Positions 12,886 to 26,265 of a stretch of DNA of 64,000 nt are shown here, one piece after another. Position numbers and translations under genes: made by a program. A model generated the notes under the pieces. It was not told where the DNA came from. It was given only the letters and a program-made list of their open reading frames with translations, and did no database searches. Position 1 is the stretch's first letter. Each line of letters opens with the position of its first letter. The stretch spans positions 248,001 to 312,000 of the forward strand of contig ML996703.1 of assembly GCA_010356995.1 (NCBI GenBank), written 5' to 3'. Source of the DNA: Trichodelitschia bisporula. Its lineage: Eukaryota.

Positions 12886-14442
12886 ATGGCGACCATCAAT
12901 GACGGAGCCTGGGCGGGCATTTCGCGGTTCTTTACACCTTCCACATCTCGCCCGACTACTGCCAACCGGCCAAACACTTCTCACAGGCCGAAGACCGCAA
13001 CGCGACCCGACACATCGCGCGACCTCACCAGCAACTACCGCTCAGCCTCGTACTCGGCGCAAGGCTTCCCCCCCTGCCACCACCCGAGCACATCACTCGC
13101 CTCCATGGCATCTCAGCGACTTCCTCAATGCAATTCTCAGCGCGACTTCCCGACAAAGAGCTCAAAAGGAGCCTTCTTTGGTCGCCGCTCCTCCAAAGAT
13201 CCTTTGGCTCCTCCTCACCGCTTAACCGAAGTGCGGCGAAAGGATGTCGCGCAAAGGAGCGCACCCCTGCCGTCAAGACCACCAAAGCTCCCGCCCAAGC
13301 CGACCGCTCCGAATTCAGGATTGACCTTGGAGCCTGCGAAGAAGCGCGATCGTCCAGGCGCCAGCAAACCGCACCGGAGGCCAACGCATATTCCCATTGA
13401 GCAGTTCTACAACCTCAACCAACAGGAAAGCGACGACATCAAAGAGCAGGTCGTCACCGTGCCCTTTCGAGCAACAAACTGGGGACCGCAAGTCAGTAGC
13501 CCAAAGCCGAATTTAAACACCGCCGCTCCACCACACTCACCTTTATCTCCCCGCCGACGTTTCTTCCGCCCCAAATCGCCCTCTTTGTCCTCCCTCCCCG
13601 AATTCCGTTTCAGCCTTGAAAGCGCAACATCCTCCCAGCCGACCTCCCATGGCGATATATCCCTGCCACCCACTCCTTCGACTCCTTCCTCCGCCGCGCC
13701 GCGCAAAAAGTACGTGCCCATACTCACCCCTTACTCCCTCCCCGGCGATGAGATGTACAACGTCGCGCCCCTCGCTCCTTTCGCTTCCGACTCCTTTCCG
13801 GATCCTTTCTATGGACGGGCCACTGCTGCTCCCACCATTGTGACACCGGACGATGCCGCGCCAACATACAAGCGCGACTCGCTCGTAAATCGCGCTTTCC
13901 TCGCCGGCGAGGCCAGCGAGCTGAACCTCGACGAGGAAGAAGATGACGGCGACGTCAAAACGCCCGTCGCGCGGGCATCCATTGTCACCATGGAAGCGGC
14001 CTCGATGACCGAATCCAGCGCCTCTCCCGCGTCCACCGCCGCGAAGACCGACACCCCCAACATCCGCATCGACAACTTCTCGCTCGATGACTCCGCTCCC
14101 ACAGGGTTCGACTTCAATGACTCCGCTCTAACGGGCTTCAACTTCGACGACTCCACTCCAACGAGCTTCCATTTCGATGTGGAGGATACCGACGACGCCG
14201 AATCGATAGCGGATAGCTGTGCCGAACCCGAGTTACCTGAGCAGTGGCGCATGAGCCCCAAGGAGCGTCTCGGCCTCGGCGTCACGACGATTCGGCGAGA
14301 CGAAGCGTGTCCGTGGGATGAATGGGGGGCTGATAGTAACATGCTCACGACTGGTAGTACAGGGGGGAGGAAAGGCAGCGTACCATCACTGGCGTTGGGC
14401 GGGCGCGTCAGGCTTCGGAGCATATTCGGGGCGGTGAATTAA
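12886..14442 (+). CDS. Hypothetical Ser/Pro-rich, probably disordered protein; probable 5'UTR intron ~12808-12857
   Basis: ~518-codon ORF with coding-like codon usage; C-terminal WRMSPKERLGLG and PWD motifs; short internal DSxxTxFxF triplication. Confidence 0.65.
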   Translation: MATINDGAWAGISRFFTPSTSRPTTANRPNTSHRPKTATRPDTSRDLTSNYRSASYSAQGFPPCHHPSTSLASMASQRLPQCNSQRDFPTKSSKGAFFGRRSSKDPLAPPHRLTEVRRKDVAQRSAPLPSRPPKLPPKPTAPNSGLTLEPAKKRDRPGASKPHRRPTHIPIEQFYNLNQQESDDIKEQVVTVPFRATNWGPQVSSPKPNLNTAAPPHSPLSPRRRFFRPKSPSLSSLPEFRFSLESATSSQPTSHGDISLPPTPSTPSSAAPRKKYVPILTPYSLPGDEMYNVAPLAPFASDSFPDPFYGRATAAPTIVTPDDAAPTYKRDSLVNRAFLAGEASELNLDEEEDDGDVKTPVARASIVTMEAASMTESSASPASTAAKTDTPNIRIDNFSLDDSAPTGFDFNDSALTGFNFDDSTPTSFHFDVEDTDDAESIADSCAEPELPEQWRMSPKERLGLGVTTIRRDEACPWDEWGADSNMLTTGSTGGRKGSVPSLALGGRVRLRSIFGAVN

Positions 14443-15759
14443 GGGCGGGTGGGGGCATCGACGACGTGCACGACATTCTGGACTCTTCTCGAACTTCACT
14501 TTTGGCTTACGGGCTAGAGCCAGCTGGATACGGATGTACTCTTTCTTGGTGTTTGGACCGCTTGTTGTCGCTTGACATCACTCTCGCTGGGGGTCACAAA
14601 GGAATGATACCCGACCGCTTTTCTTTGTCTCGATCTTGTGCTGCGAAGTGCCGGGTAATGGGGACGGTGAGCATGGCTATTCGGGATGCATAGTTACAGC
14701 ACATGTTTTCCATGAACCACGCGCAAGTAGCTAGTGCCGTAATCGTAGTTGCGATACTCGATCAGTGATCCGCTCCTCTTCCGCTCTTCGTGCTGTTGAA
14801 GTTTAGACCCGTGATCTGCTAGCCTGTCCCTACTCGCGGAGTTCACATATGTCTCGCAGCACCAGCGGAACGCCTCCCGACGTCCGCCCACGAGAAGACG
14901 AAATGATCGGAAAATGCACGTCAGATGAGACTCTGCCACGGCCACGAGGTCGTGGCGTATCTCGACCATCCGTGCAGATCGCCATCTCCAACATCAAGCG
15001 TCTGACAACGGCGCGTTGAGATCCTTGGTATATCGATTGGAGGCGGCGTGAGACATGGTTCGCCGATCTTGTAGGTGGATATGAGGCGAGACTTGCCCTT
15101 GTGAGGAGCAGGGGTAGTCTCCATGCAGTAATTATGGGGAGGAGAGGTGTCTTACTTGGTTGTTGAGGAACTGTTTGGGATTTATATGAGGTGATCCCCT
15201 CTTCTCGTTTCCCGCGTTTTCGTTGACTTTTTTTCCTTTGCTGGCTGTGATACCGGGGATCGGACTTGGGTTCATTTGCGCTGTTGGTGTAAGCACTGCT
15301 TGTCTTCGGCATTGCTGTCTCGTCTTGCGGGTCACTTCCCTCATACGACATTGAGTTCTCTGATGCTCATCTGTAGCGGCTGGCGGTTCCTCGACCCGCG
15401 GTCACTTTGCTTCTCATCAGTGCTGGCTCGGCTGCTCCATCAAAGCTCCGGATCTCCAAGGCAAGCTCCGACTCTCCAAGGGCAATTGACGGGATGCGTT
15501 GCCATGGACACGGGAGATAGCTCGAGGCAGATCATAAGAGTTTCGAGGTCAACAGCAGAGCAGCTCCCAAAGCGAGGATCCATTCCACACCCTATCATCC
15601 AAGCAGGTATCCGCCCTTTCCATCCACATTAAGAACCCATTTGCGATCCCGTACCATATGTCCATGATGCAAACTCCAGCGCCCTCGCGGGCGACGACTC
15701 CAACCGGATCCCCGAGTCCAAACCCAAACCCGACCATAACGCCAAACCGCTCAAAATCC

Positions 15760-17470
15760 TCAATATGCCGCCTTCCTAAACCGGATATTCACACCCTCAC
15801 CCGGGAACATAGTCAAGGTAAACCCCTTCTTCATCTTCTCCGCCCCACACCACTCAATATCATCAAACTGCTGCAGCAGCCGGACGATAAGGTAACTCGC
15901 CTCCGTAATCGCGTATTGCTCTGCCGGCACACATTAGCTCCAATCCCACAACTACAACCAACACAGGTAACTCACGTCCAAGGCATATGCGCGGCCCGCC
16001 CGAAAATGGCAAAAACGCCCAATCGCGCTTCAACCCCTCCCACCTCCCGGGCAAAAACTCCCCCGCATTCTCCCCCCACAAGTCCTCGCGCCTATGCATC
16101 CCATACACAATAAACGTAACCGTCTGCCCCTTCCTCACCGCAATCGGCTGGGTACCATCCGGCCCGCCCCCCACCGGCAACGTCGTATTCCGCACCGCGA
16201 CGCGGTTGTTGATCGGGACAACGGGGTACAAGCGGAGGGTCTCGTTGATCACATACTGGAGCTGGCGGCAGGACTTGAGGCGGCCGAAGTCGAGAGGCTC
16301 GGAGGTGATGCTGGGGCCAAATTCGGAGATGATGATTCGGCGCAGTTTGTGGTATTCGGTGGGGTGTGTGGCGAGGAGATAGAAGACCCAGCTGAGGAGG
16401 GCGGCGGTGGTGTCGCGGCCGGCGCCGAGGAGGGCTGGGGGGTGTTAGTGAGAGCTTCTGGGTTACACGGGGCGGGGATTGCCGGATCGTTGGGAGGACG
16501 TACCGAGGATCTGGTCGCGTAGGTAGATGGGATCGCGGCTTTCCTTGACCAGCTCCCTGAGCAGGGCGTACTTCTTATGCGCCTTGTCCTCGTTCGTCTC
16601 GGTGCTCTTCTCCTCCACCGGCGCATCCAGCGCCATCTGCACATAGCGATTGACAAAACCCCTCACCCTCGCCACCGCCTTCCGATAATACGGCCTATCC
16701 ACAAGCCAATACAAGCCCTGCATCCGGATGCGAAACGCGAGCCACATCTGCCCCTGATGGAACGCCTCCGTGAACTCGCGATCCACCGCCAGCTTCGCCA
16801 TGTCGCTCTTCTCGCCCTCCAGCTTCCCAGCCGCTTGTAACTGACTCTCGACATTATTCCCGAACAGAAACGCCGTCGCCGTGTCCATCGTGAAGCGGTA
16901 GAGGTAGGGCTGGAGATCAAACGGCGCGGTCCACTGGCCCTCGCTTTTCGGGAGCACATCGATAAGAATCCTTGCCGCGCGATCCGTCTCCTCGAAATCA
17001 TTGATTTGTTCCCGCGCAAACGCCGGCCGGAACACCGCGCGACTATGCGCCCAGAACGCACCATCACTCGTAAAAATGCTCCGTCCCAGCATAGCGCCAA
17101 ACTGCGCCGCCCTCCGCTCCCCCGTCTCAAAGTCCTTAAACTGTGTCGCGAGGGCCGCCTGCACGATGCGCGGCTCCATGGTCGTGATGGTGCGGATGCC
17201 GAAGGGTCCCGTGGCCTCGAAGGTGCGCACGCCGAGGGCGCGGAAGCGCGGCAGCATCACGTCGTCGAAGATGTCCTCGAGGCCGGTTTGCGCGGCGCGC
17301 ATGGTGCGGTAGAGACCGTCGAGGCCCCATGGGAGCTTGTTGACGAGGATGTAGGGCTTTGCGCAGTTGTGTTGCCGGGCGAAGGCGCGGAATTGGCGCT
17401 CGCGGAGGTAGGCGCGGAGGGTGGTGTAGAGCCAGTAGGCCAGGGCGAGGAGGGCGAGGTTGAAGATCAT
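15760..17470 (-). CDS. Cytochrome P450, CYP52-like (alkane/fatty-acid hydroxylase clan); 2 introns
   Basis: N-terminal membrane anchor, SIFTSDGAFWAHSR, I-helix GAGRDTT, ETLR (ExxR), heme motif FSGGPRICLG. Confidence 0.92.
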
Positions 17471-20443
17471 GGCTGCGGTGCTCACGCTCTCATCTCAGCT
17501 CAGCGCCGCGTGTGTATAGGGCGAAGGACAGGCAGGCAAATGTAGTCAAGCGCTCAGCATCACGAACAAAAACGGAAAGCGACCAGAACAGCGGCCACGG
17601 AAGCAAAGATATCAAGTAGCAATCTACCCTAATCTTCTACCCCTCTACCAACTTCGGCTATTTAGCGACCGCGCATCTTCAGGGTGCAAGCCCCTCGCGC
17701 CCCAAAACCGCCTGCCGAACCCGACACGGAGGATCCGCATGCGCGCGCGCACGCCGCCGCGGGCCAACGAAACGCCCATGTCCCCCCCTTTTGCGACCTT
17801 AGGCGAGCGCTCACTGGATGGGATTCAGAGAGGGGGGCAAGGACATACAGGCAGCAGAAGAATGGAGCAAGCGTTCTACGATACGTGCGATACGTCGCCG
17901 CTTGGCCCTGTTTGCGAATACGGAGCTGGAGGTCAGATGGGGGTTTCGACTTCCCAGTCCTTAGGTCTGAATGCAAGTGCAACCATCAATCATGCAGTTT
18001 GCGTCATTCGTTTCGACCTCCCCCCGGAAGCAATGTTCACTAGGCCTAGATCTCGGAAAGGTCCGACCGTGCAATGAACAATGAGAGGAACCGTTGAAAT
18101 GTTGATCTGGTGGAGCCTTGCGCTGCTTTTTTCGCCCTTTCGCTTGTTCAAACGCAACACAGATGGAAAGACGGTCAGGGCCGTCCAGTTGTTCTGCACA
18201 ATAGGCGAAAGCTGCTAGACGTAATCCAATACATAATATGCCGTCCTCTGCATCTTCGCTTGCCAGCAAAGAGGCACGCAGTAGGCCCGCCGCCGGCTTC
18301 GGCATCCCGTATCGAATTGAGCTTCCAACCATCCTCCCGGGGGTGGTGGTAGGCGAGAAAAAAGCTTATGCCGTCCACGAATACCCCGATTGGCCAGCGC
18401 TTTGACAGCCACGTCCGCCTCGTGCGACTGTGTCACCTCACGGAAGGGATGCGGAAAGGAACAGAAGAACGGGCTGCCGAATCCTGACGACTGTGAGAAA
18501 CCGGGGAACCGACAAAGCAAAATAAAACAACCTGGGAGAGATTTCGGCAGGCCAGCGTCATGACCGTCGGCGCTGCCTGGAAGTGGCCTGCGGGGGTGAA
18601 ATATATGCAGGCGGGCTTTTCGTATGTCGTCCTGTTTTGGGTATTTCGCCGGCGGAGCTGAAGCCGGACGCGCGTGCCTTTTTCTCGGCCTGCCGTTGCG
18701 AAGGTTATTGGAGGAGATGGCGAGGCTGATGATTGCTTGGAGAGGATACATATGCATCTGCTGTGCAAGTATCTGATGCTGTACTCTGTACGCTGCCATG
18801 GAACTGGAAAGACATTTCTGAATCAGACATTTTCCTCGGCGGTCTTATCGATAAACATGGCATTGCTTTGTACTGATGGGAATTGAGACTTCGAATCTAT
18901 GCCAGTATCAACTACATCCGTATTGAACTCTGGACATCACTTTCCAGAACAAGACCTAATCCTTCTATGGGCCTTATCTACGGTACCGGTATGCTATGCT
19001 GGTAGCACTACGGTGCAGCTTAAGCGGATGCCATTCAACCTAGACGATATTGATGTCATGCATGACGTTGATAGCGGCGGAGCGTCGGAGACGTCTAGAG
19101 TGGCCATCCGTAAAGGCAAGTGTTATCACCTTCGCAAGTAGTCATTGACCATGATACTCTTGACGTCCGAGGGAGAAGCCCAAGGGAGGCTAGCCGCATC
19201 CAGCTGCGGATGCCTTCATTTTCTTGAAACCAGTTGCCGAGCGGGGCGTGGGGTTTCCGGAGCGTTCGTACTGGAGTCCGTATTCTTAAGTACTCTGAGA
19301 CAGCTCGACGATCGACTGGTTTACAATTTCCAGAGAGTTATTGCTGTGGATCTAGATCGTCGTCTTTCATTTAGTGACGCTGAATTCCTTTCCGGCTAAA
19401 AATGATGCTATCTCCATGCACAAAGGCCAGGGGTCCCGGGATGCAACATCGTGTCTGCAACGTGGGTGCCTAAACCGGATCCCGGAGCTGATCAGAACTT
19501 TGACAGCGTTCGAGGCCGAGGCTTGCAAGATGCAAGGCAACAGATCTTGCGAACTGACAGTTGGACTTCGCTGGTTGGACGCGGAGTTTCAGCCGCAGCG
19601 CGTATGCAGCTGGGATACGCATCGATGCCTCGGTTTGGAGAGCTTCACATGGAGATTATGGCATTGAGATGGAACTGAGGTTCGAATGGATCCCCACACG
19701 AATTCGATGGGAGAGCGAGGGTCTCAGCCCTTTCTTCTCAGGAGCTGGTGGGTACTGCGTGCGAAAGGAATATTGGGTCGTTCGGCCAGAAAGGGCAAGA
19801 AAAATCATGTCCGTATCCTTTTGCAGCGGTGGTTGATTTTGAAGGTTCCAATGCCGAAGGCCACTTTAGACCATGGAGACATATATCATAGTCTCTTCAT
19901 TATCGCTTCGTGACATGTCAGCGTAGAAAAGAAAAATTTAAAGGCATCTGAAGCTTCACAAACCGTCTCGGGACTCTGGAGCCGGAATGTTAGCACAAGC
20001 AAAGTCGCAAACTGCTCCATCAAAAGCCGTGAACCATACCATGAAAAGCAGTAACCGATGTTAGAGCTCCGAGCCATCGAGTTCACCGCAGAAGAAGTCT
20101 TCTCCCATCTAAAGTGGCGATATCAAAAGCAGGTGACGCGGGGTCGAACCACTCCCCGAGCACCCCTGCAAGCAGCGACAAAGCAGCCCCCCGCTCTGCC
20201 CACCAGGCCCAGGGCAGGTCAACCAGGAGCCCGAGCGCTGACCTCACCTCACCTTCCCCTTTCCGACGATCAAGCACCAACGACACTCCGCAAGTTTGCT
20301 CGTGAAAACCGCTTCCAACAGCATCATTCCAGTCTTCACACCGCAGCACCCGTTCTCCACCATCTTATCAAGAAGCACACGTTCTCCGTTGCCCTCATTG
20401 ACCCGAACCCGCACCTGCCCCGCTTGAGAGAGACTCCGTCATC

Positions 20444-22037
20444 ATGGCCGACCTCCGCGCCTGGGAAGAAGACCGCGCGCTATACCTCTTCACCAGCCTC
20501 ACAGCCGGCTCCTCACACATCGTAACCGCCACCTCGCGCATCGAAACCATCCTCAAGAATGCACGCATCCCCTTCACCTACATAGACACCGCAACCAACG
20601 AGGGAGCAAAGCGTCTCTTCCAGCGGCGCGCCAACGGACGCAAGCTACCCCTCCTCGTAAAAGACGGGTTCGTAATTGGAGTACGCTAGGCCTTTCCCTC
20701 TCTCTCCCCTCCAATGCTAATACAGCCCGTAGGACCTCGCCCAAGTCGAAGAATGGAACGAGTTCGGCGAGCTCAAGGAAGCGATAGGCGACGTCCCCAT
20801 CACGGCCACGAGCCACACCACCACGCCGGCCAAAATGGCTGGGCCCTACTCTTCCTCCCCTGCGCTCACGCCCTCCAAGCCCGCTGCCGTGATGACGGCG
20901 GCGAACACGGCGAAGGCATCGCCTGCGCAGGCGCGCGCACAGGAGGCAGCGCCGCCGAGCGGGCTGGTTAGTCAGCTACGGCAAGCGGCGCAGGAGAGCG
21001 CTGCGGCGGCGGTGGCGAAGAAGGGCGCTGCGAAGGCGGGGCTGGGGTCGAGGGCTTCGACGCCAGCGGCGGAGCTGAAGAGCCCGCCGTTGACACCGGG
21101 AGGACGGCGGAGTAGTGGTGGAAGTGTGAGCAAGTTTATCCCTGATTCGTTTGAGAAGCCGGCGACGACTCATCGGGGGAGTGATGTGGGGATTGTGAGT
21201 GAGGAGGAGATTAGGGAGATTGAGCGACGGGAGACGATTTGTGAGGAGGATGAGGAGAGCTCTGATGAGGAGGATAAGGCGAAGGGGAAGGCGGCTGTGA
21301 AGAAAGAGGATAAGAAGCCTGCTCCGGCGAAGAAGGAAGAGGAGAGCTCCGAGGAAGAGAGCTCAGACGAAGATAAGGAGGAAGAGAGCGAAGATGAGAA
21401 GCCCAAACCCAAGCCCGCTGCTTCCGCCGTCGCACCCAGGAAGGTCGCTGAGACCAAGAAACCGGCCGAGGAAAGCTCCGAAGACGAAAGCGAAGAGGAC
21501 AGCGAAGAAGAGAGCGAAGACGAGCAACCCAAAGGCAAAGCTCCCGCAAAAACCCAGCCCCCTCCGAAGAAGCAACCCGAGGCCAAAAAGCCCTCACCTG
21601 CGAAGAAGGTCGAGGAATCATCCGAGGAAGAGAGCTCTGAGGACGACGAGGATGAGAGCGAAGACGAGGCCCCCAAGGGAAAACTTCCCGCGACCAAGAA
21701 GACAGCCGGTTTCGCAACGGCCCCCCCCGTCGCCGGTAGCTCGAAGCCAGCCGCGGCCCAGTCCAAGGCCGCCGCAGCGAAGAAACCCGCGGAGGAATCT
21801 AGCTCAGAGGAAGAAGACGATGATGAAGAAGACGACGACGAAGAAGAATCAGAGGACGAGGCACCTACTACCGCCAAACCCACCCCCGCAGCCGCAGCCT
21901 CGTCCTCCCAACCCGCCACCGCGCCTCCCGCAAAGGGGCCCGTGACAGCGGAGATCGAGCGCAAGCTCGGCAAGCTCAAGCTGCAGCGGACAGAGGAAGA
22001 GACAGATGAGCCGAAGACGGGGAAGAAGCCCCGGTGA
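20444..22037 (+). CDS. SH3BGR/glutaredoxin-fold protein with a long acidic/basic low-complexity tail; intron ~20681-20732
   Basis: LYLFTSLTAGSSHIVTATSRIETILKNARIPF...LPLLVKDGFVIG|DLAQVEEWNEFGELK resembles fungal SH3BGR-like domains; the intron restores the frame into ORF 20835-22037. Confidence 0.75.
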
Positions 22038-22906
22038 CTATGTTTTTGAGCACCGGGTCCCATGAGGGTTCGGTTGCTCGCCCCTTGATCTTGATTTAAG
22101 CGCGTCGAGCGTAAGTGCGTGTGGCGTGGTTTTTGGACTGGTGGACAATCTCGGCTCTGTGTGTTGCTGGAGGATAGTGGGTGCGGCTGTGTGTGATTTG
22201 AGGCGATGTAGTGCGTGTAATGGTGGAATTTTGGGGGTGGTTTGACTGTTAGATGCGTAGAGCGGTAATTTTCGACGGGCGCCGAATGGGTCTGGTATCT
22301 TCTTCGAGTAGGAATATACATTTGAATGCCGAGCTTCGCAGAGTCACAAGTTCGTCAGGTCAATTCAAAGTCCCAAACTTAGTTGTGAAAGGCCATAATG
22401 ATGATTCGATAGGCTTCATGATACAAATTCAAACTCCTGAGCGCCGTAGACTTCCCGTGAAGAAGCTAGTCTTGCAAACTGATGCCCATAACGCCGATAA
22501 AATGAGCTCCTCCACTGCCACTGTAAAAATGCCCAGTCCTTTCCGAAAATAAGCAAACATCCGCCCATAAGCAATCTGAGAGTAAACGCCGTCCATCACA
22601 ACTCCAACCCAGCCACCCTGTCGTGAAATCCATCCACATCCTGCATCCCTTTCCTTGACTGAACCGCAATCTCCATAAACATCAAACTGTCCATCAAAGC
22701 CCATCGAAGACCACCGAGTCCAGAACCACTCCCATCACATATCCAGCCGATCCCTGAGTCCCGTAGCCCAAATCCAACCTTCCTATCCAGCAAGCCCTCC
22801 GAGAACCATCGATCGTAATCCAGTCCATCATCATTTCGACTTCCAGTCCATACCCCCTCCTACGATACCGAGCCAAAGACCAAAGAAAAAGGAAAAGAGA
22901 ACCGCC

Positions 22907-23212
22907 GAGTTTTTCAGCCCCGATGCGAGAGCTCACACATGCAAGCATGAGAGCTCAAATCACACCTAAGCCTACTCCACCCCCAGTTCACTTGATACCA
23001 ATCCCGTTGACCAATCTAGTCCCAAAGTGGGAGCTCACCAAGGTGCCTACTTCATCGGCCAGGTTTCCCGATAAACCAGGACCTTGACACGAACTTCAGC
23101 AACCAGCAAGAACTCAACAACCTAAGACACCGAATGCCTCGAAAACCCCGATGGGAATTTCAGCGCCGGTGTGAGAGCGCACACATGGAGAACATGAGAG
23201 CTCAAATCACAC
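22907..23212. repeat. Imperfect ~55-bp direct repeat pair (~22907-22966 and ~23156-23212)
   Basis: Both copies contain catgagagctcaaatcacacc preceded by similar ttcagc..gagag..cacacatg. Confidence 0.7.
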
Positions 23213-23287
23213 CGGCGCGTACTTCATCCACCACAGGTCGTCGAATCTTCAGTCAGTATGTGGAAAGGAGTGTGGAACCAACCCGCA

Positions 23288-25538
23288 CTACTTGCGCGAG
23301 CGCAAAGTCCGGCCCCCAGTCGCAGTCGGATTGGGTACAGGAGGACGCTTAGCCGCCGCAGGAGCACCGCGCTTGCCAGTTGCAGCCGCCGCAACGCCAG
23401 CAACCTTGCTCATGATGTTCTTCGCAGTGGAAGCGGCGGTGGTCGCCGTGCCGGAGGGTTTGCCACGAGTGGTGCGAGCAGCCGCCGTCTTGGGGGCAGA
23501 GGGTTTCCGAGTCGTAGTGCGAGTCGAAGTCGTGGTCGTAGTGGTGGTCTTGCTGCTAGTAGCGGCAGTAGCGGTAGTAGCAGCCGTGAAAGCCGCGGCA
23601 GCGGCAGTGGCCGTCTTGGAGGCAGGCACACGCGGAGCAACTGCAGTCTTGCTGGGAGCGACGAGCTTACCAGGAGCGCGCGGAGCAGGCTTGGTGACAG
23701 GCTTGGGAGGCTCAGCCTTGGTTGTGGGCTTGGGAGCCTCAACCTTAGCAGCAGCAGGCTTTGAAGCATTAGTCTTACTCGCGCCAAAACGGAGGGGGGG
23801 AAGCTTGGGGGGGGCAAGCTTGCGGAAATGCACCTTTAGAGTAGGAGGTTTGGGAAGTGCTTTCGAGGTAGGCGCCTTAGCCGGAGACTTGGGGACGGGA
23901 ATCTTCGCCGTCTCCTTTTGGGCAGCCTCCATTTTGGCCAAGGCGATCTTGGCGGCTCCGGCCTCTGGAAGATCGGTGTGAGGAAGGATCTTTGCGGAGA
24001 GACGAGCGAGGGACTCCGCTGTGGGGAGAAGGGCCTCCACGTCGTGGTGGATCATGGTGCCGTTGGCGGCGCTGCTGCCGGAAACGAGGCTGCTGTTGCT
24101 GCCGGAGCGGGTACGACCAGCAAACGGACCAGCAGCCGGCTTGAGAGGAACTGTAGCCGGTGGAGCCATAACAGGAGTCGGCGGAGCCATGACAGGAGCC
24201 GGATTCGAGGGAGGCACGACACGCACCGCGGGTCCAGTGGCGCGAGTGGGCGACGGCTGGTGGGACTGCGGCTCGACAGAGTTGGCCCGAGAACCGGCCT
24301 GAGAGGTCGGCTGCGACGACGCCTGGTGAGAAGCGACGCCAGATGGAGGAGCAGAGGTTTTCTTCTCCATGAAGGGTTTGCCAGTGCGACTAGTACGAGA
24401 AGCTGCAGCTGTCTGGTAAATGATTTTACCCTTAGCATTGCGCTTCGGGGGCAAGGGGGGGATAGGCACCTGCTGAAGACGTTCAGCGACCCGAGCTGCA
24501 ATGGCAGCAGTGTCCTCCGCAATCATGGCCATTGTGCGGTTAGTCTTGGGTGTGGTAGACTGGAAGGGAGGCAGGTCCTTCATTGACGGATACACAATGG
24601 GCTCAAGGCGCGGAGAAGTGAGTTCCTGCGCAGCGGAAGCGGCCGCAATGGTAACCTTCGGAGCAGCGCGAGAGTTCTGGGTCTTGGGCGAGAGAATCTG
24701 TATAGGGTTGTTGGTTTTCTTCGAAGCGGCCCGCGTTGCGCGAGCAGCTGCCGGGGTGGCCTTAGTCTTCACACGCTTCTTCGGCATCTCAAGGTCTTCG
24801 TTCGTGTTCTCCTTGTTTTCTGCGTCGCCGGTCATTTCGGCACTGAGACGTTAGCATTGAGTTAAATGTGACCCATCCCCTACTTACCTAGCGCGCTTCT
24901 TCCCGCGCATTTCCTTGGGAGCAAGAGTTGTTGCCTTGGGGGGAGCCTTCGCCGCCGGAGCAGTTTTCGTGGTAGCCTTGGTCGCTGTCTTTGCCGCAGT
25001 CTTAGGAGCAGCTTTCGCCGCGGCCTTGGGGGCAGCCTTCGAGGCAGCCTTCGGGCCCATCTTCAAAACAAGCTTGGGTGTCGTCTTAGATCCTGCAATT
25101 GGAGCAGTCTTGGTGGGGGGAGCGGGCAAGGGCTTCTGCGGACGGAGCTTGACCTTGTACTCGTTGAGCAGCTCGCCCATCTTCTTCGTCCGGAGCCGCT
25201 GTGGGATCCGATTGATGCGCATCTCAAGGCGGTTCTGCATGCCTTCGACGTGGAGTTCGTACTGTGCGCGAAGCTTGCGAGCACGTTCTTCAACTGTAAT
25301 TGCGTCAGCTGTGTCAATTGGGGCGCACAATCCACTTACGTTCAAGGTCGAGATTCTGAATGAGAGCCTCTTTCTGCGCCGCAGTGATACGGCCGATGAA
25401 CATGTGAGAAGCGCCAGTTGGAGTCATTGCAGCGCGGGCGGAGGGAGTGGTGGGAACGCCATATGGGCCAGTGGAGGTCATGCCAGACTTGGTCGGGTCG
25501 GCCAGATGAAGCGCCCGCTTGGTACGCTGAGGAGGCAT
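23288..25538 (-). CDS. Borealin/Nbl1 N-terminal domain protein (chromosomal passenger complex) with a long K/A/P/T-rich tail; introns 25294-25339 and 24843-24887
   Basis: ITAAQKEALIQNLDLELEERARKLRAQYELHVEGMQNRLEMRINRIPQRLRTKKMGELL fits the Borealin_N pattern. Confidence 0.8.
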
Positions 25539-25587
25539 GATGAAGAGGTATAGGAGTCAGATTTATGTGTAGTAGAGGAGGTGAGAA

Positions 25588-26052
25588 GGTGGCACAAAAG
25601 CGCTCAATGCAGCACTGTGCTTGAGAGAGGTAGAGAGCTGGTGAAGTGGTGGACGGTGGGAAGGAGAGTGCGGGTTCACCACGGAGGTGACTGTCAACGC
25701 GCCGGATCGATACTCGGCCGTTGGCGCGAATCTCTCGCAGAATTGATGGTGGCAGTGAAACTGAAGCTGAATGATAGCGAAAAGATTCACTTGGAGGAGT
25801 GAGAACAGGTGAGGGTTCAAGTTTGCGAGATGCTGAAGCTTGAAAACCGGAGAGCAGGTGGGGAGTGCGAACAGTGGAGGAGGATCAAAAGGTAAACAGA
25901 GCGAAGCACTTGACTTTGGCGGAGGGGAGAGCGGAGGTGGCCTGTGCACCATACACAATTCAGTGCTCCAACTTGCGAGCCAAGGCTGACTCTCTCCAAA
26001 ACATTGACCAAAACATGAATCACATGATGCTGTGGCTGAACATACAGGTGGC
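25588..26052 (+). promoter_or_regulatory. Four GGTGGC cores (PACE/Rpn4-like) upstream of RPN10
   Basis: GGTGGC at 25588, 25748, 25936 and 26047, all on the same strand, in the divergent promoter. Confidence 0.4.
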
Positions 26053-26265
26053 ACAGGCCAATGTACGTGGCTGAACCTCCGACATCAGTTGCCCGCAGCC
26101 GTGGACGAGCTCAAGGGACCAACCTTACAAACCACCCTCCACATCGCGAATATCAAGCAAGACCTGCGCTCGCCATCTCCATCTTCTGGTCACCTCTTAA
26201 CGACCTCGATCTCCCACTTCTTTACACGTAACTGAGACAACCCGTGCATCGGAGAAGCTGTCGAG

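Noticed and set aside
19675..19700. GGTTCGAAT tRNA T-loop-like motif
   Set aside because: No T-stem, acceptor stem or A box around it
21170..22321. 383-aa Ser-rich minus-strand ORF
   Set aside because: Antisense reading of the Glu/Asp/Lys repeats of the plus-strand gene
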